64,000 nt of DNA from Dehalococcoidia bacterium (GTDB lineage: Bacteria; Chloroflexota; Dehalococcoidia; UBA2979), in assembly GCA_965262725.1 (NCBI GenBank), contig OZ253555.1:517256-581255 (forward strand). Reading direction: 5' to 3'. A model generated the notes under the pieces. It was given only the letters and a program-made list of their open reading frames with translations, was not told the origin of the DNA and did not search any database. Below are positions 20,246 to 30,867 of the stretch, piece by piece (position 1 is the first letter of the stretch; each line of letters opens with the position of its first letter). The position numbers and the translations under genes were made by a program.

Positions 20246-22235
20246 CTATGCGAGAGTGAGTACCGTGGCCGGATTGTCCACAGTTATCGCTTGAATCACG
20301 TCTTCCGAGAATCCCTTGCGTCGCATTCTGGGAACGATGTTCTCGAGGATGTGGCCGTGTGCGTCCGGAAGTCGAAGGGGTGGTGACGTGATGACGTGAC
20401 CGGTCCGGAGACATGCTCGTTGCTGCCAGCCGGTGAGAGTCCGGCACGGGTAACTGTCAGGAGGCCCGTTAGCAGGTCGGCGGCGTGGACGGGAAACGGT
20501 CTGCGTCGAAGCCCGACGTCAAGAGCCCTATGAGGGGGAGCAAACGTGCGGTCCGCAGCATGACGCGAAGTCTGCCGCGCCGTGAGACTCGCCTGTCTAT
20601 TGACAGGACCAAGGAGGAGCCGAGCCCGGGTGGTCAGGGCGAAGGCCATGGACGAGGTGAAGATCCTGGAATGCAGCCTCAAGAAACCTCCCGGCGTATG
20701 GGACGTGGAACGTACGGAAGGTAGCGACGGGAACCGGAGAAGCCCTCCCCGGCCCGGCACCCTGTGAGAGGGCGTCGGAGCGAGGCGTCCTATAACCGGT
20801 CAGAGCCGGGAAGTGGACAGCCAGCCGGAAGGGTGGCGGAGGGGGTCGTAGTACCGCTGGAGCCGGACGGACAACATAACCGCCGGTGATGGGAAGGACC
20901 CCTACTTTGTCCGTGCATGTTGCTGGGGGTGTGGACTGGTGAGTGCCCCTCGGGGCTAGCAACCACTTGGTAGGGTTCGAGGCTCTCCGCACATGCTGTA
21001 CCGGCTGGCCAAGGCACGACCCACGTTGTGGGGAGCGCTGCATGCCATCTGGTGAAGGGCATCGGTGAGCCGGATGAGGGAGAACCTCACGTCCGGTTCG
21101 ATGTGGCAGGGGCTGGAGACGGACGCTGCTATGGCCGTGGAGTTGGGCACCACCGGGAAACCGGCTTGGAACTGATGCGCCACCGCCTACGGCTCGCACC
21201 GCGCCAGCCCCTGACCCTACAGCCGTGTCCTCCGTATCTGACAAGTCGGTGCTTCATGCAAATGTCCTGACCGATAACGATTCTATCGGAATAGCCGGCG
21301 TCGGCGATGTACCGAATGAAGCCCAGCCTCTGGGCGTCGCTCGGCATATCGATGTCGGCGAGTGGGTAGTACGATCCTTCATTGCCGAACAGGTCCCATT
21401 CAAGGTAACAGCCTGACGCGGCAATACTCAGAAGCGTGTCGAACTCAAACACGGTTCGATCCAGATGTCCCACGATCACCCGGGACAGATCCGCGCCGCC
21501 GTATTCGAGCACCTCCAGGATCTCCAACGGTGCATCCGGATGCCGCCCTGGATGGATCAATATCGCCGCACCCGTGTCTCTCTGCGCGATTGCCGCCGCC
21601 GACAGGGACTTGCGCTCGTTTGGCGCCAGGGGCCACGTGCAGCCAATCTCCCCGATGATGCCCGCCTTGATGCCGCTGCCTCCAACGCCGTCACAGATAT
21701 CGCCGGTAATCTCCCGCGCCAGATCCTCCGCGGCCCGCTCATCCATATCTTCTGGATGGACGGCTGCGACGTAGAAGCCCGCACCCATGATGATGTGGAC
21801 GCCCGATGCACGCGATATGTGGGCCAGCGCATCCGGCGAGCGTCCCATTCCCATCGAGGTGGCGTCGACAATGGCGCCGCCTCCGGCTTCGCTGAACTTG
21901 CTGACTTCTCCTATCGTTGTGTCCACATCCATCAACTGAAGGTTGGAGCGGTTGCTGTAGTAGTTGCGCCGTATCCATCCGATGTTGTCCAGGGCTATGG
22001 GCGCATCCGCCAGCTCCTGCGACGGCGAGTCCCGGGCGGGGCGATACATGAACGAGAAGTCGATATAGAGGTGTTCATGGGTCGTCGTGGCACCCAGTTC
22101 GGACGGGGGTACAGGGCCCAGCACGGTCTGGACGAGACCCCGATTTCGTTCTGATCCCACGTCCCCACTCCCTGTAGTATCGTCGCCGGAAAGGTAGCAC
22201 GGCCCGTTTGGGGGCGTACAACCGGCGTCCGACAA
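20246..22235 (-). pseudogene. Phosphotriesterase-homology (PTE/PHP, amidohydrolase TIM-barrel) gene interrupted by an antisense group II intron
   Basis: ORF 21129..22235 (HEHL...GQDICMKHRLVRYGGHG) then runs into intron-derived sequence. The missing C-terminus (YGHILENIVPRMRRKGFSEDVIQAITVDNPATVLTLA*) is encoded at 20246-20358 beyond the intron. Confidence 0.7.
20359..21220 (+). mobile_element. ORF-less group II intron, copy A1 (862 bp)
   Basis: 5' GTGCG...3' ...CTAC; the same unit recurs at 32245-33106 and 33107-33968; about 90% identical to domains I-III and V-VI of the ORF-containing intron at 31129-34926. Confidence 0.8.
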
Positions 22236-22328
22236 CGCCCGGACGATGGGGCATTCCGCCCGCGAATGTCCTCACGACAACCATCACCACAGGGGCGCTG
22301 AAGAACCAGGGCGAGGGAGGTCTCAGAT

Positions 22329-23462
22329 ATGAGATTCGCGGCGTTCACGACGGTGGCGGCGTCCGCCGGGGAGGCCACCAACGCCGAGCAGATGATCGAC
22401 AACCTCAGGCAGCAGACGATTCTGGCCGAGGAGCTCGGCTTCGAGACCATGTGGCTCGGAGAACACCACTTTGGACCCTATGGAGTCGGCGACTTGCCGA
22501 ACCCGATTCTGCTCGGCGCAGACCTCGCGGCGCGAACGTCCAGGATTCGGATCGGGCAGATGGCGAACATCGCTCCGTGGTGGCATCCCATACGGCTGGC
22601 CGAAGACCTTGCGATCCTGGACAACATGACCCGAGGGCGCGTGGAGGTTGGCTTCGGCAGGGGAATCTGGCCGTATGAGGGTCCACAGTTCCATCCTCAC
22701 GCGGACCCTCGCAGGGATCAGGAGAGCAGGGAGCTGTTCCGGGAGACGGTGGATATAGTGCGCGAGATATGGAGCAACGAGTACTTCTCGTACGACGGGA
22801 ACAACTACACGTTTCCAGTCGACGGCACCGTCTTCTCCCATCCGCGCTACCCGTCGAATCCCGCCTGGCAGGAGGGTGAGAAGGTCACGAAGCTCCGGGT
22901 GACGCCGGCGCCCTACCAGAAGCCGCACCCGCCGCTGTGGATGACCGTTTCCACGGACCGTTCTGTGACAACAGCGGCCGAACTCGGACTGAAGGCGTGC
23001 TACTGGCAGCCTCCCGCTCTCAGAATCAAGCAGCGAATGGAACTCTACGCGCAGGTCAGGAGCGAGCGCGACGGGAGACCCTTCCGCGTGGGAGAAGACC
23101 AGGCGGTCATGCGCTCCACGTACGTCGCCTCGTCCATGGAGGAGGCGCGCCGGGATGCGGAACAGGGGATCATGTCCTCCTTCATCTTCAATGATCCCTT
23201 TCGCGGCAGGCAGGTCTTCACCAACCCGGGCGAGGTCCTGGACCCCGGCGTGAATCTGGACTGGGATTTCCTGGAGCCGCGCACCCTGCTTGTCGGCTCC
23301 CCCGAGAATGTGGTGGAGAAGGTTCACGAGTTGCAGGAGGTATGCAACCTGGAATATCTGCTCGTCGAGTTCGCGCACATGGGGATTCCGTTACGTAAGA
23401 CCCTGAAGAACCTGGAGACCTTTGCCACCGAGGTGATGCCGCGATTCGTCAGTGACGGCTGA
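22329..23462 (+). CDS. LLM-class (luciferase-like) flavin-dependent oxidoreductase
   Basis: 377 aa with TIM-barrel LLM motifs (MWLGEHHF..., GRVEVGFGRG); lower GC than surroundings. Confidence 0.85.
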   Translation: MRFAAFTTVAASAGEATNAEQMIDNLRQQTILAEELGFETMWLGEHHFGPYGVGDLPNPILLGADLAARTSRIRIGQMANIAPWWHPIRLAEDLAILDNMTRGRVEVGFGRGIWPYEGPQFHPHADPRRDQESRELFRETVDIVREIWSNEYFSYDGNNYTFPVDGTVFSHPRYPSNPAWQEGEKVTKLRVTPAPYQKPHPPLWMTVSTDRSVTTAAELGLKACYWQPPALRIKQRMELYAQVRSERDGRPFRVGEDQAVMRSTYVASSMEEARRDAEQGIMSSFIFNDPFRGRQVFTNPGEVLDPGVNLDWDFLEPRTLLVGSPENVVEKVHELQEVCNLEYLLVEFAHMGIPLRKTLKNLETFATEVMPRFVSDG

Positions 23463-23645
23463 AGCGCGCACGGAGGAGACGCCCCTCCGGCTGGCGCCCC
23501 GGACTCAACCCCTCGCATAGGGACGGCGACGCCGTGGGACAGGCCGTTCGCGCACGCGGCGGACGTGTCGCCGGCGGCTGGCGGCGGTCCGGCATCCCGG
23601 GCGGCTCGTCGTGCGCGGGGCGCTGTCGGCTTGCTCCGCCGACTC

Positions 23646-26498
23646 CTATTCGGCGCTCGTGACGACGAGGATGGCGAGGACGGGGGCGAGGGCGGTGAGC
23701 AGGGCGGGCGCGGGCGCAGCGCTGTATGCGCGCGCGTCGAGGACGGAGCCCTCACGCCACCTGCGCTCGAGGCGGATACGGTTGCGATCCCACCACTCGC
23801 GTTGCAGCAGCACGGTGAGGCCCACGGCGAGCAGCAGGAACCCCGCAACCGCCAGCATCAGCCAGTACGGCACCGCCTCGGACTCGCGGTTGACCCACAG
23901 GAAGCGCAGCGCGATGCCGGAGAGCGTCGCGACCGCCGAGACCGCGAGCCAGCGTGCGTTCAGCACGATCGCAACGCCGAGCAGCGCGAGACCCTCGATG
24001 AGCAGCACGAGCCCCCAGCGTGCTCCGCCCGGTTCGAATCCCTGTTCGGCCTGCGGGAGCACGAGCAGCGCCGCTCCGGCGAGTTGCAGCAACTCGTGCC
24101 AGCCGAGGTTGGGGTGCAACTTCTCGTGGGTGCGCGAGACGAGACCGACGAGGGCGAGGTAGAGCGCGGCGGGCACCGTGTATGCCTGCACGTTCCCGGG
24201 TTCCAGAGTCGCGATCGCGAGTTCGAGCGCGACCATGACCAGAGCCGACGCCGGCAGCATGGCCCAGCGGACGTCGAGTCGACGCCCATCGAACGCCGCG
24301 GCCCCGGCGAGCGGCAGCATCAGGAGCGCCACCGCCCGGAACTCGACGAGGGTCGCCGCGTCGGCATCGAGCCCGTCGAGGCGGATGTCGAGCGCGTGCA
24401 TCGCCGTCAGCGGCCCGAGCACGAGGCCGGCCCACGACAGGACGTGGACGGCCACCGACGAGGACTCCGTGCCGGAGCGTCGCCACGGCGAGAGTGCCCA
24501 GAAGGTGACCGCGCCCGCCGCGGAGTAGGCGACCGCGAGTGTCCACGTCGGCCAGTCACCAACGGGCCAGAGCGCGGCCACGACCCCCAGGGCCACGGCC
24601 ATCGCGGCGACGCCGGGCTCCCACTTCCGCAACCGCCACGCCTCGACGGCGATCAGCGGCGCGAGCAGCAGCACCACCAGGACGAGCGTGCGGTACTCGA
24701 CCGTCGTGACCGCCTCGATCTCCGTACCCGCGACGCGCGAGCCGAGGGCGGCGCCGGCGGTGACGACGGCGGCCGCGAGCGGCAGCCACGAGAGTGCGTG
24801 GGCGGCGGCGAAAGCCTCGGCCCCGGCCGGTTCGGGCGGGTCGTACCGGCGTAGCCTGGTGAGTGCGCCGAAGAGCGGGACGGAGATCGCGGCATAGCCG
24901 ACCGCGAGGCGCCACCACGGCCACGCCTGCGACTCCCACAGCGCCGCGAGCGCGAGCATGCCCAGCGCCACCGACGTGGCGGCGAGGCTCCACCGCCTGA
25001 GCGCGACGAATGCCGCGAGCACGTGCGCGGCCGGCAGCGCGAGCAGCACCGCGTCGTGTCCCCAGGACTCGTCGGCGGCGTAGACGGAGACGGCCGTCGC
25101 CAGGAGCAGCGGAGGCAGCAGGAGCCAGAGCAGCGCGGGTGCGCGCCTCGTGGCGGTGACCAGGGACGCCGACACCAGGGCCCCCACCACCGCGAACGCC
25201 CAGCCGGTGTCGGGCGGGGCGACCTCGAGCCCTCGTTGCGCGAAGCCGATGGCGACGAGCGATGCGCCGAAGGCGATCCATGCAAGCGCCGTGCGTTCGA
25301 GCGGGTGCGTCGGCCACGGATGGTCGGCCGGCGCCCGTCGCGCGAGATCCCACGTGAAGACGCCGCGACTGGCGTTGCGCCACGCGATGGCCGCGAACAG
25401 CGCGCCGGCCGCGAGGGTGGCGAGAGCCGCAATCCAGCTGTCGCCGCCCAGGTGCACGGGCATCCAGACGAAGGGCATCAGGCCGCCCGCAGCAGCGAGC
25501 AGCAGGGAACCGGGCGCGAGCCACGGGCGCCACGCGGTCCAGCGCGACCGCCCCGCGACCAGCGCTGCTCCGACGGCGAGCGGCGGGAAGCAGTACCACT
25601 GCGCGCCGACGTCGGCCGCCCAGAGCGCGGAGGTGGCCGTCGTCGCGACGAGCGCCGCAGCCGGCAGCAGCGCGAACGGCTGCCGCCATGCTCCGCCGAG
25701 CAGCGCGACCACCGCGAGCAGGAGCGCGTGCGTGACGGGCAGATGCCATCGCTCGCCGGAAGCGCCGTCGTAGTAGGAGAGGAGGTGCGCGAAGAGCAGC
25801 GCGAGGGAGGCGATGACCGCGATCGGCGCGACGGCGACGGGTTCGCGCCGGCGCGTGGCCACCAGCGCGACCGCTCCGGCGAGCGCGAAGGCCATCCACC
25901 ACGGCCCACCCCACTGAAGCGGCAGCTCGACCGTGACCGCCAGGGAACCCCACGCGCTGAGCAGCGCGATGCCCGCCGGAATGATGTAGAGGCGTCCGAG
26001 ACCGCGCGCGAAGAGGAAGCCGTAGAACGCCGCGCTGTAGGTCGAGGCGATGAACCACACGAGCTCGCCGGGCACCTCGCGGCCTTCGAGCACCTCGTTG
26101 TGCAGCAGCAGGAAGTTGAGCGGCGTCATGAGCGCGCCGATCGCGAGGAAGACGGGGCCGGCCTCGCGCACCCTCGGCCAGCGGCGGAGCAACCAGCCGG
26201 CGAGCAGGAAGCCGCCGGTGTAGGCGGCGAGGATCACGACGCGCCAGCCGCCGGCGCGCGTCTCGTCCTGGCTCGAGACGAAGATCAGCGCCGAGATCAC
26301 GAGCAGGAACGCTCCGACGTACAGCAGCACGTCGGCCTGCCGACGCGCCGCCCAGTCGCCGATCGTGGCCGCAGGGGGGCGCCGGGCCGCCGGTGGGGGC
26401 GCAGCCATCGCCTGGCCCGTGGCGGCGGTCCCGGGGCGCACGGGCTCGGCGTCGGGGGGCGCGGTGGGTGCGCCCGGTGGGCGTGGGGGCCGGGCCAT
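23646..26498 (-). CDS. Very large polytopic membrane protein (more than 25 predicted TM helices), hypothetical; N-terminal zinc-ribbon coding sequence in frame upstream to ~26738
   Basis: 950 aa dominated by hydrophobic helices. The 80 codons upstream in the same frame encode CPTCGS...CASCGTR but contain no ATG/GTG/TTG. Confidence 0.65.
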   Translation of the reverse strand: MARPPRPPGAPTAPPDAEPVRPGTAATGQAMAAPPPAARRPPAATIGDWAARRQADVLLYVGAFLLVISALIFVSSQDETRAGGWRVVILAAYTGGFLLAGWLLRRWPRVREAGPVFLAIGALMTPLNFLLLHNEVLEGREVPGELVWFIASTYSAAFYGFLFARGLGRLYIIPAGIALLSAWGSLAVTVELPLQWGGPWWMAFALAGAVALVATRRREPVAVAPIAVIASLALLFAHLLSYYDGASGERWHLPVTHALLLAVVALLGGAWRQPFALLPAAALVATTATSALWAADVGAQWYCFPPLAVGAALVAGRSRWTAWRPWLAPGSLLLAAAGGLMPFVWMPVHLGGDSWIAALATLAAGALFAAIAWRNASRGVFTWDLARRAPADHPWPTHPLERTALAWIAFGASLVAIGFAQRGLEVAPPDTGWAFAVVGALVSASLVTATRRAPALLWLLLPPLLLATAVSVYAADESWGHDAVLLALPAAHVLAAFVALRRWSLAATSVALGMLALAALWESQAWPWWRLAVGYAAISVPLFGALTRLRRYDPPEPAGAEAFAAAHALSWLPLAAAVVTAGAALGSRVAGTEIEAVTTVEYRTLVLVVLLLAPLIAVEAWRLRKWEPGVAAMAVALGVVAALWPVGDWPTWTLAVAYSAAGAVTFWALSPWRRSGTESSSVAVHVLSWAGLVLGPLTAMHALDIRLDGLDADAATLVEFRAVALLMLPLAGAAAFDGRRLDVRWAMLPASALVMVALELAIATLEPGNVQAYTVPAALYLALVGLVSRTHEKLHPNLGWHELLQLAGAALLVLPQAEQGFEPGGARWGLVLLIEGLALLGVAIVLNARWLAVSAVATLSGIALRFLWVNRESEAVPYWLMLAVAGFLLLAVGLTVLLQREWWDRNRIRLERRWREGSVLDARAYSAAPAPALLTALAPVLAILVVTSAE

Positions 26499-26947
26499 GT
26501 CCGCGCGGCGGCGGTCGTAGTGGTCGCGCAGTCGCGCGGCCGAGCCGGCGTCTATGAGCTCGGCCGCGCGCCACTCGGCGATGGCTCCGAGCAGGGCGTC
26601 GATCGCGTCGGGGCTATCGGCGAGGCCGGCGGCCTCCCGCCGCGTTCCGCAGCTGGCACAGCGGCCGGCGTCGGGAGGACGGATCGATCCGCAGGTCGGG
26701 CAGGGGGTCGGGGGCCAGTCCCGGGGAGCCGTGATGCATCACCTCTGAGGTTGTCGCCGCCTCGGCGGGGGAACTGTACAACTCCTGAGCCGGTCGGGGC
26801 CCGGTCGTCGGCGACGCGACGATGCCGGGGGCGATGACGCCCGGCTGCGTTCCGGCCCGGCGCCCATCACCCGGCGGACTTGATGCGACGGGGTCGCACG
26901 TCCAGCGGGTGGTGTGTGCCCTCGGCGGCGCGCTCCGCCGACCGCGG

Positions 26948-27511
26948 TCAATCCCGCGGCCAGCGCTCCCCGTCGACCTCGAGGTACGTGATGCGTGCAA
27001 CGCCGTCCCGCGAGACCGCGATATGGACGTCCGGCGGGAGGGGCAGCACCCCCGTGCCCCGGGGCACGAAGTACTCGCCCAGGTCGGGATACTCGACGCG
27101 GAGCGGTGACTCGAGCACGACACGCGCGCGAACAGCGACTCGCCCGTGCTCCCACTCGTCCCGGCTGAGGTTCCGGGTGCCGAGCGCGGTCGGCTCCCAG
27201 TAGCGGCCCCGATCCTCGAACGTCACGTAGAGCTGATCGCCCTCTGCGGCGGCTCGGGCGCCCGGCAGGCCATCCACGTCCTCGGCCTGGTAGCGGAGGA
27301 TCACGTAGTCGCCGCGGAGCGGATCCCGCGGGTCGACCGGCAGGGACTCGAGCACGATCTCGACGCCCGTCTGTCGCCTCTCCTCGACGAAGATGACCCC
27401 GAGCAGCAGCGCCAGCTGGAGCCCCACGATCAGCCCGAACAGTGCGAGCCGGTGCCGCCCGATCAGCGCGCGCATCTCAGCCACCCACCCCAGCGCCGCC
27501 TGCCGCGGCAT
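26948..27511 (-). CDS. GDYXXLXY-domain membrane-anchored protein
   Basis: N-terminal TM helix plus LRGDYVILRY motif. Confidence 0.7.
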   Translation of the reverse strand: MPRQAALGWVAEMRALIGRHRLALFGLIVGLQLALLLGVIFVEERRQTGVEIVLESLPVDPRDPLRGDYVILRYQAEDVDGLPGARAAAEGDQLYVTFEDRGRYWEPTALGTRNLSRDEWEHGRVAVRARVVLESPLRVEYPDLGEYFVPRGTGVLPLPPDVHIAVSRDGVARITYLEVDGERWPRD

Positions 27512-28709
27512 CCATGCGCCGGCTCAGCCGGCGCCGGCCCAGCTCGATCAGGGAGGCAAGCACCAGGAAGAGCGCCCCGGCGCCGGCGAAGAGCGCGCCG
27601 GTCTGGGCGTAGTCGCTGAAGAGATCGAAGTACCTCGACAGGATGAACAGGCCGAGGAAGACGAGCGCGGCGTTGACCCAGGACTCCCGCCGCAGCGCGA
27701 GTCCGAGCCAGGTGATCGAACCGGCCAGCAGGCATGCCCCCAGCCAGTAGCCGAGGGTGGTGAGGATGAGCGCCTCTTCCGCGTCGCCACGGGGGTTGAG
27801 CGCCGCCGCGAGCGTCCAGGCCAGGAGGAGCAGCAGCGTCAGCTGACCCAGCAGCAGCGGCGGGCGCAGCCGGTCACCGACCGGGGGCCAGCCGAGCCGC
27901 GCCTCGGCCCGCGCGCCGGTCGCGAGCAGCGCCGGGAGCACGAGCACGAGCGGTGCGAGCAGGAGCACGGCGGCGGGGACGAGGGGGACGGTGCTCTCGA
28001 TATCGAAGTGGCGGTAGAAGCCGAGCAGATAGACGGTGCCGGCGATCAGGATCCCGCCGACCAGTTCGGCGGGAGGCGAGAGCGACGCGTACGCGCCGCG
28101 CCTCTGGAGCGCGGCGAGGGCGACCAGCCACGCGCCGGCGCCGAGCAGCAGCAGCAGGACCGTCTCGGCCGGGGCTTCGAGCGGGGAGCCGCCCCGCTGG
28201 CTCTCTGCGGTGAGCCACAGCACGAACAGCACGGCCGCGACGAAGGCGTGGCTGCGCGAGGAGAAGAGGCAGGCGAACGCAAGCGCCGAGCAGAGCACCG
28301 GGAGGAGCAGCGGCGCTGGATTCAAGGCGATGTGGTACTGCTGGCTGATGAGCGCGAGGTTGCCGAGGAGGACGCCGGTGCCGAGGAGCAGCAGTGCCTC
28401 CCCGGTGCGCACCAGCCCGAGCGGTCCGTTGCGTACCCAGTAGCCGCCGCCCTGGCAGGCCAGGAGCAGCGCGATCCCCGTGGCCAGCTTCGGCGTTCTC
28501 CCGATCTGGTCCCAGTTCTGCGAGATCACGAGCACGACCCCGAGGGTGACGAGTCCGGCCCCGAGCACCGCGAGGATCGCGACGAGGCGATGACCGCGGC
28601 CGTCCGCCGCCGCTTCGAAGTCGAGGATCTGCCGCCTCTGGTCGGCCGAGAGAATCCCGGCGTCCACCCACCCTGCCGCCCGACGTTCGAGCCCCCCGCT
28701 GTGCGGCAT
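27477..28709 (-). CDS. DUF2157-like integral membrane protein
   Basis: 410 aa, about 10 TM helices; in an operon with the GDYXXLXY protein (a known conserved pairing); 35-nt overlap with the downstream gene. Confidence 0.65.
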   Translation of the reverse strand: MPHSGGLERRAAGWVDAGILSADQRRQILDFEAAADGRGHRLVAILAVLGAGLVTLGVVLVISQNWDQIGRTPKLATGIALLLACQGGGYWVRNGPLGLVRTGEALLLLGTGVLLGNLALISQQYHIALNPAPLLLPVLCSALAFACLFSSRSHAFVAAVLFVLWLTAESQRGGSPLEAPAETVLLLLLGAGAWLVALAALQRRGAYASLSPPAELVGGILIAGTVYLLGFYRHFDIESTVPLVPAAVLLLAPLVLVLPALLATGARAEARLGWPPVGDRLRPPLLLGQLTLLLLLAWTLAAALNPRGDAEEALILTTLGYWLGACLLAGSITWLGLALRRESWVNAALVFLGLFILSRYFDLFSDYAQTGALFAGAGALFLVLASLIELGRRRLSRRMDAAAGGAGVGG

Positions 28710-29194
28710 GTCGCATCTCCCCGCGCCCGGACGGCGGCGCGCCGCGTGGTGACAGCGCCCTCACTATGCACGCCGCGCTCTCGCCGCGCCGCCCGGTGAA
28801 GGCCCACGCCTGAACACCGGCGCCGCACAGCAGCGGGGCGGGCCGCGGTGCGGCTGGAGGGCGTGCCTGAGCCCGGACCGGCCCGGCTCGGCCCGGGCCC
28901 GGATGTCGACCGCCACTGTGTCCCCACCGGATCTCGTGGTACGGTTCCCCTACGCGCCGCCGGTCTGATTCGCGCGGCGTGCCCCTCAGAACACACTCTC
29001 CCGCCACGGCCGCGTCAGGCTCGTGAGCCCGGTAGAGCGCCGCGAATGCTGGCGGGCCCGACCCGTCGGAGCGGTGGACTCTGAGCGGTTCACGAGCAGG
29101 AAGCCTGCAGGCTGGCGTGCTTCCTGCCGATACCCGCCCATCGAGGCGGTGACCATATTCGCGCTCGCGATCGCCGGCCACAGAACGGAAGCCC

Positions 29195-30589
29195 GTGTAT
29201 ATGACTACCTCCACCCCGACCATCCCCCGCGTGCCCCCGCCGGGTCCCTCACTTTCCGAGCACCCCGACGGGGTGTCCGCGTTCCGGGCGCTCGGGATTC
29301 CCGCCGAGCTCGACGCGGTGCTCAAGCGGCAGGGCATCACCGAGCCCTTCCCGATCCAGTCGCTCGCGATTGCCGACGCGCTCGCGGGCCGCGACGTCTC
29401 GGGCAGGGCCGAGACCGGCTCCGGCAAGACGCTGGCGTTCGGCCTGCCGCTGGTCGTTCGCACGCGGCGCGCGAGGCCCCGGAGGCCGCACGCGCTGGTG
29501 CTGGTGCCGACGCGCGAGCTCGCCAACCAGGTCGCGGATGAACTCACACCGTTCGCCGCCCAGCGCGGCCTGTGGCTGACTTCGATCTACGGCGGCGTCT
29601 CGATGCTGCGGCAGGTGAAAGCCCTGCGCTCCGGCGTCGATATCGTGATCGCGACTCCCGGCCGCCTCAACGACCTGCTCGAACAGCGCGAGCTGTCGGT
29701 CGCCGATGTCGGGTTCGTGGTGATCGATGAGGCCGACCAGATGGCCGACATGGGGTTCCTCCCCCAGGTCGAGCGCATCCTGGAGCAGGTCGAGGAGAAG
29801 CCGCAGACGCTGCTCTTCTCCGCGACCCTCGACGGCGCGGTGGGCGAACTCGTCCGCCGCTACCAGCAGGATCCCGTCTATCACGAGGTCCCGCAGACCG
29901 CCGGGTATATCGACGCCCTGGAGCAGCGCTTCGTCGGCGTGCGCCACGAGGATCGCCTGGGCGTCACGGCATCGATCTGCGCCGGCGCGGCGCGGGCGCT
30001 CGTGTTTGTGAGCACGACCAGGGGAGCCGACCGACTCGTGAAGCAGCTGCAGGACGAGGGCCTCGGGGCCGTCGCCATCCACGGCCGCATCTCGCAGAAC
30101 AAGCGGGAGCGGGCGCTGGCTGCCTTCAGCAGGGGCACGACGCCGGTGCTGGTTGCCACGAACGTGGCGGCCCGCGGGATCCACGTCGACTCAGTCGACG
30201 TGGTCGTGCACTACGACCTGCCCGAGGACGCGAAGGTCTACGAGCATCGTTCCGGCAGGACCGCCCGCGCCGGCGACCGCGGGCTCGTCGTGACGCTGGC
30301 CCTTCCCGAGAACGACCGGGACATCACGCGCCTCATCCAGGAGCTGGGGGCCGACCAGGATGTCGTGGCGATGCGCCCCGACGACCCGCGCCTGGCGGAT
30401 CTCGCAGCCTGGGAACCGCCGGCGGCGACCGTCGGGCGCGTCTCCGGAGCGTATGATATGAGGCCGCGACGCGGCCCCGTGGCGCAACGAGGCGGCCGCG
30501 GACGAAGCGCCGGCCCGCGACCGTACGCGGTCGCCGGCCGCAGCCGGCCGCCTCAGCGGCGCCGCCTCGCTCGCCCGAGAGGGGCCTGA
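29195..30589 (+). CDS. DEAD-box ATP-dependent RNA helicase
   Basis: Q-motif, Walker A AETGSGKT, VIDEADQM, SAT, HRSGRTARAG; Arg/Gly-rich C-terminal tail. Confidence 0.9.
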   Translation: MYMTTSTPTIPRVPPPGPSLSEHPDGVSAFRALGIPAELDAVLKRQGITEPFPIQSLAIADALAGRDVSGRAETGSGKTLAFGLPLVVRTRRARPRRPHALVLVPTRELANQVADELTPFAAQRGLWLTSIYGGVSMLRQVKALRSGVDIVIATPGRLNDLLEQRELSVADVGFVVIDEADQMADMGFLPQVERILEQVEEKPQTLLFSATLDGAVGELVRRYQQDPVYHEVPQTAGYIDALEQRFVGVRHEDRLGVTASICAGAARALVFVSTTRGADRLVKQLQDEGLGAVAIHGRISQNKRERALAAFSRGTTPVLVATNVAARGIHVDSVDVVVHYDLPEDAKVYEHRSGRTARAGDRGLVVTLALPENDRDITRLIQELGADQDVVAMRPDDPRLADLAAWEPPAATVGRVSGAYDMRPRRGPVAQRGGRGRSAGPRPYAVAGRSRPPQRRRLARPRGA

Positions 30590-30639
30590 GGCCGCCACCC
30601 GGCGCGGGGGCGCGACCGTCCGCGACGAGGGGACGCGTA

Positions 30640-30867
30640 ATGGCTCGACGACCCAGGTATTCGTTTGAACGCTCCCAGCGGGATCGCGCGAAGGTCGCGA
30701 AGCGCGAGGCGAAGCGAGCCGCACGCGAGGCCCGCAGGGGCGGCGTCGGGACGGATGATGCTGAGGCGGGCGGCGAGCCTTCGGAATCGCCGGCGCCGGA
30801 CGGGATCCCCACACCGGGGCCTGCCGCGAGCGGGCCCCCGGAGGGCGCCGACCGGCTCTCGGACTGA
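30640..30867 (+). CDS. Small basic hypothetical protein
   Basis: 75 aa, Lys/Arg-rich N-terminus, located just after the helicase; weak support. Confidence 0.3.
   Translation: MARRPRYSFERSQRDRAKVAKREAKRAAREARRGGVGTDDAEAGGEPSESPAPDGIPTPGPAASGPPEGADRLSD

Noticed and set aside
20359-21220. Possible CRISPR array suggested by the 862-bp unit repeated three times (also 32245-33968)
   Set aside because: The repeats are far too long, lack short regular spacers, and have group II intron boundary motifs (GTGCG...CTAC) plus similarity to an RT-encoding intron; they are ORF-less group II introns.
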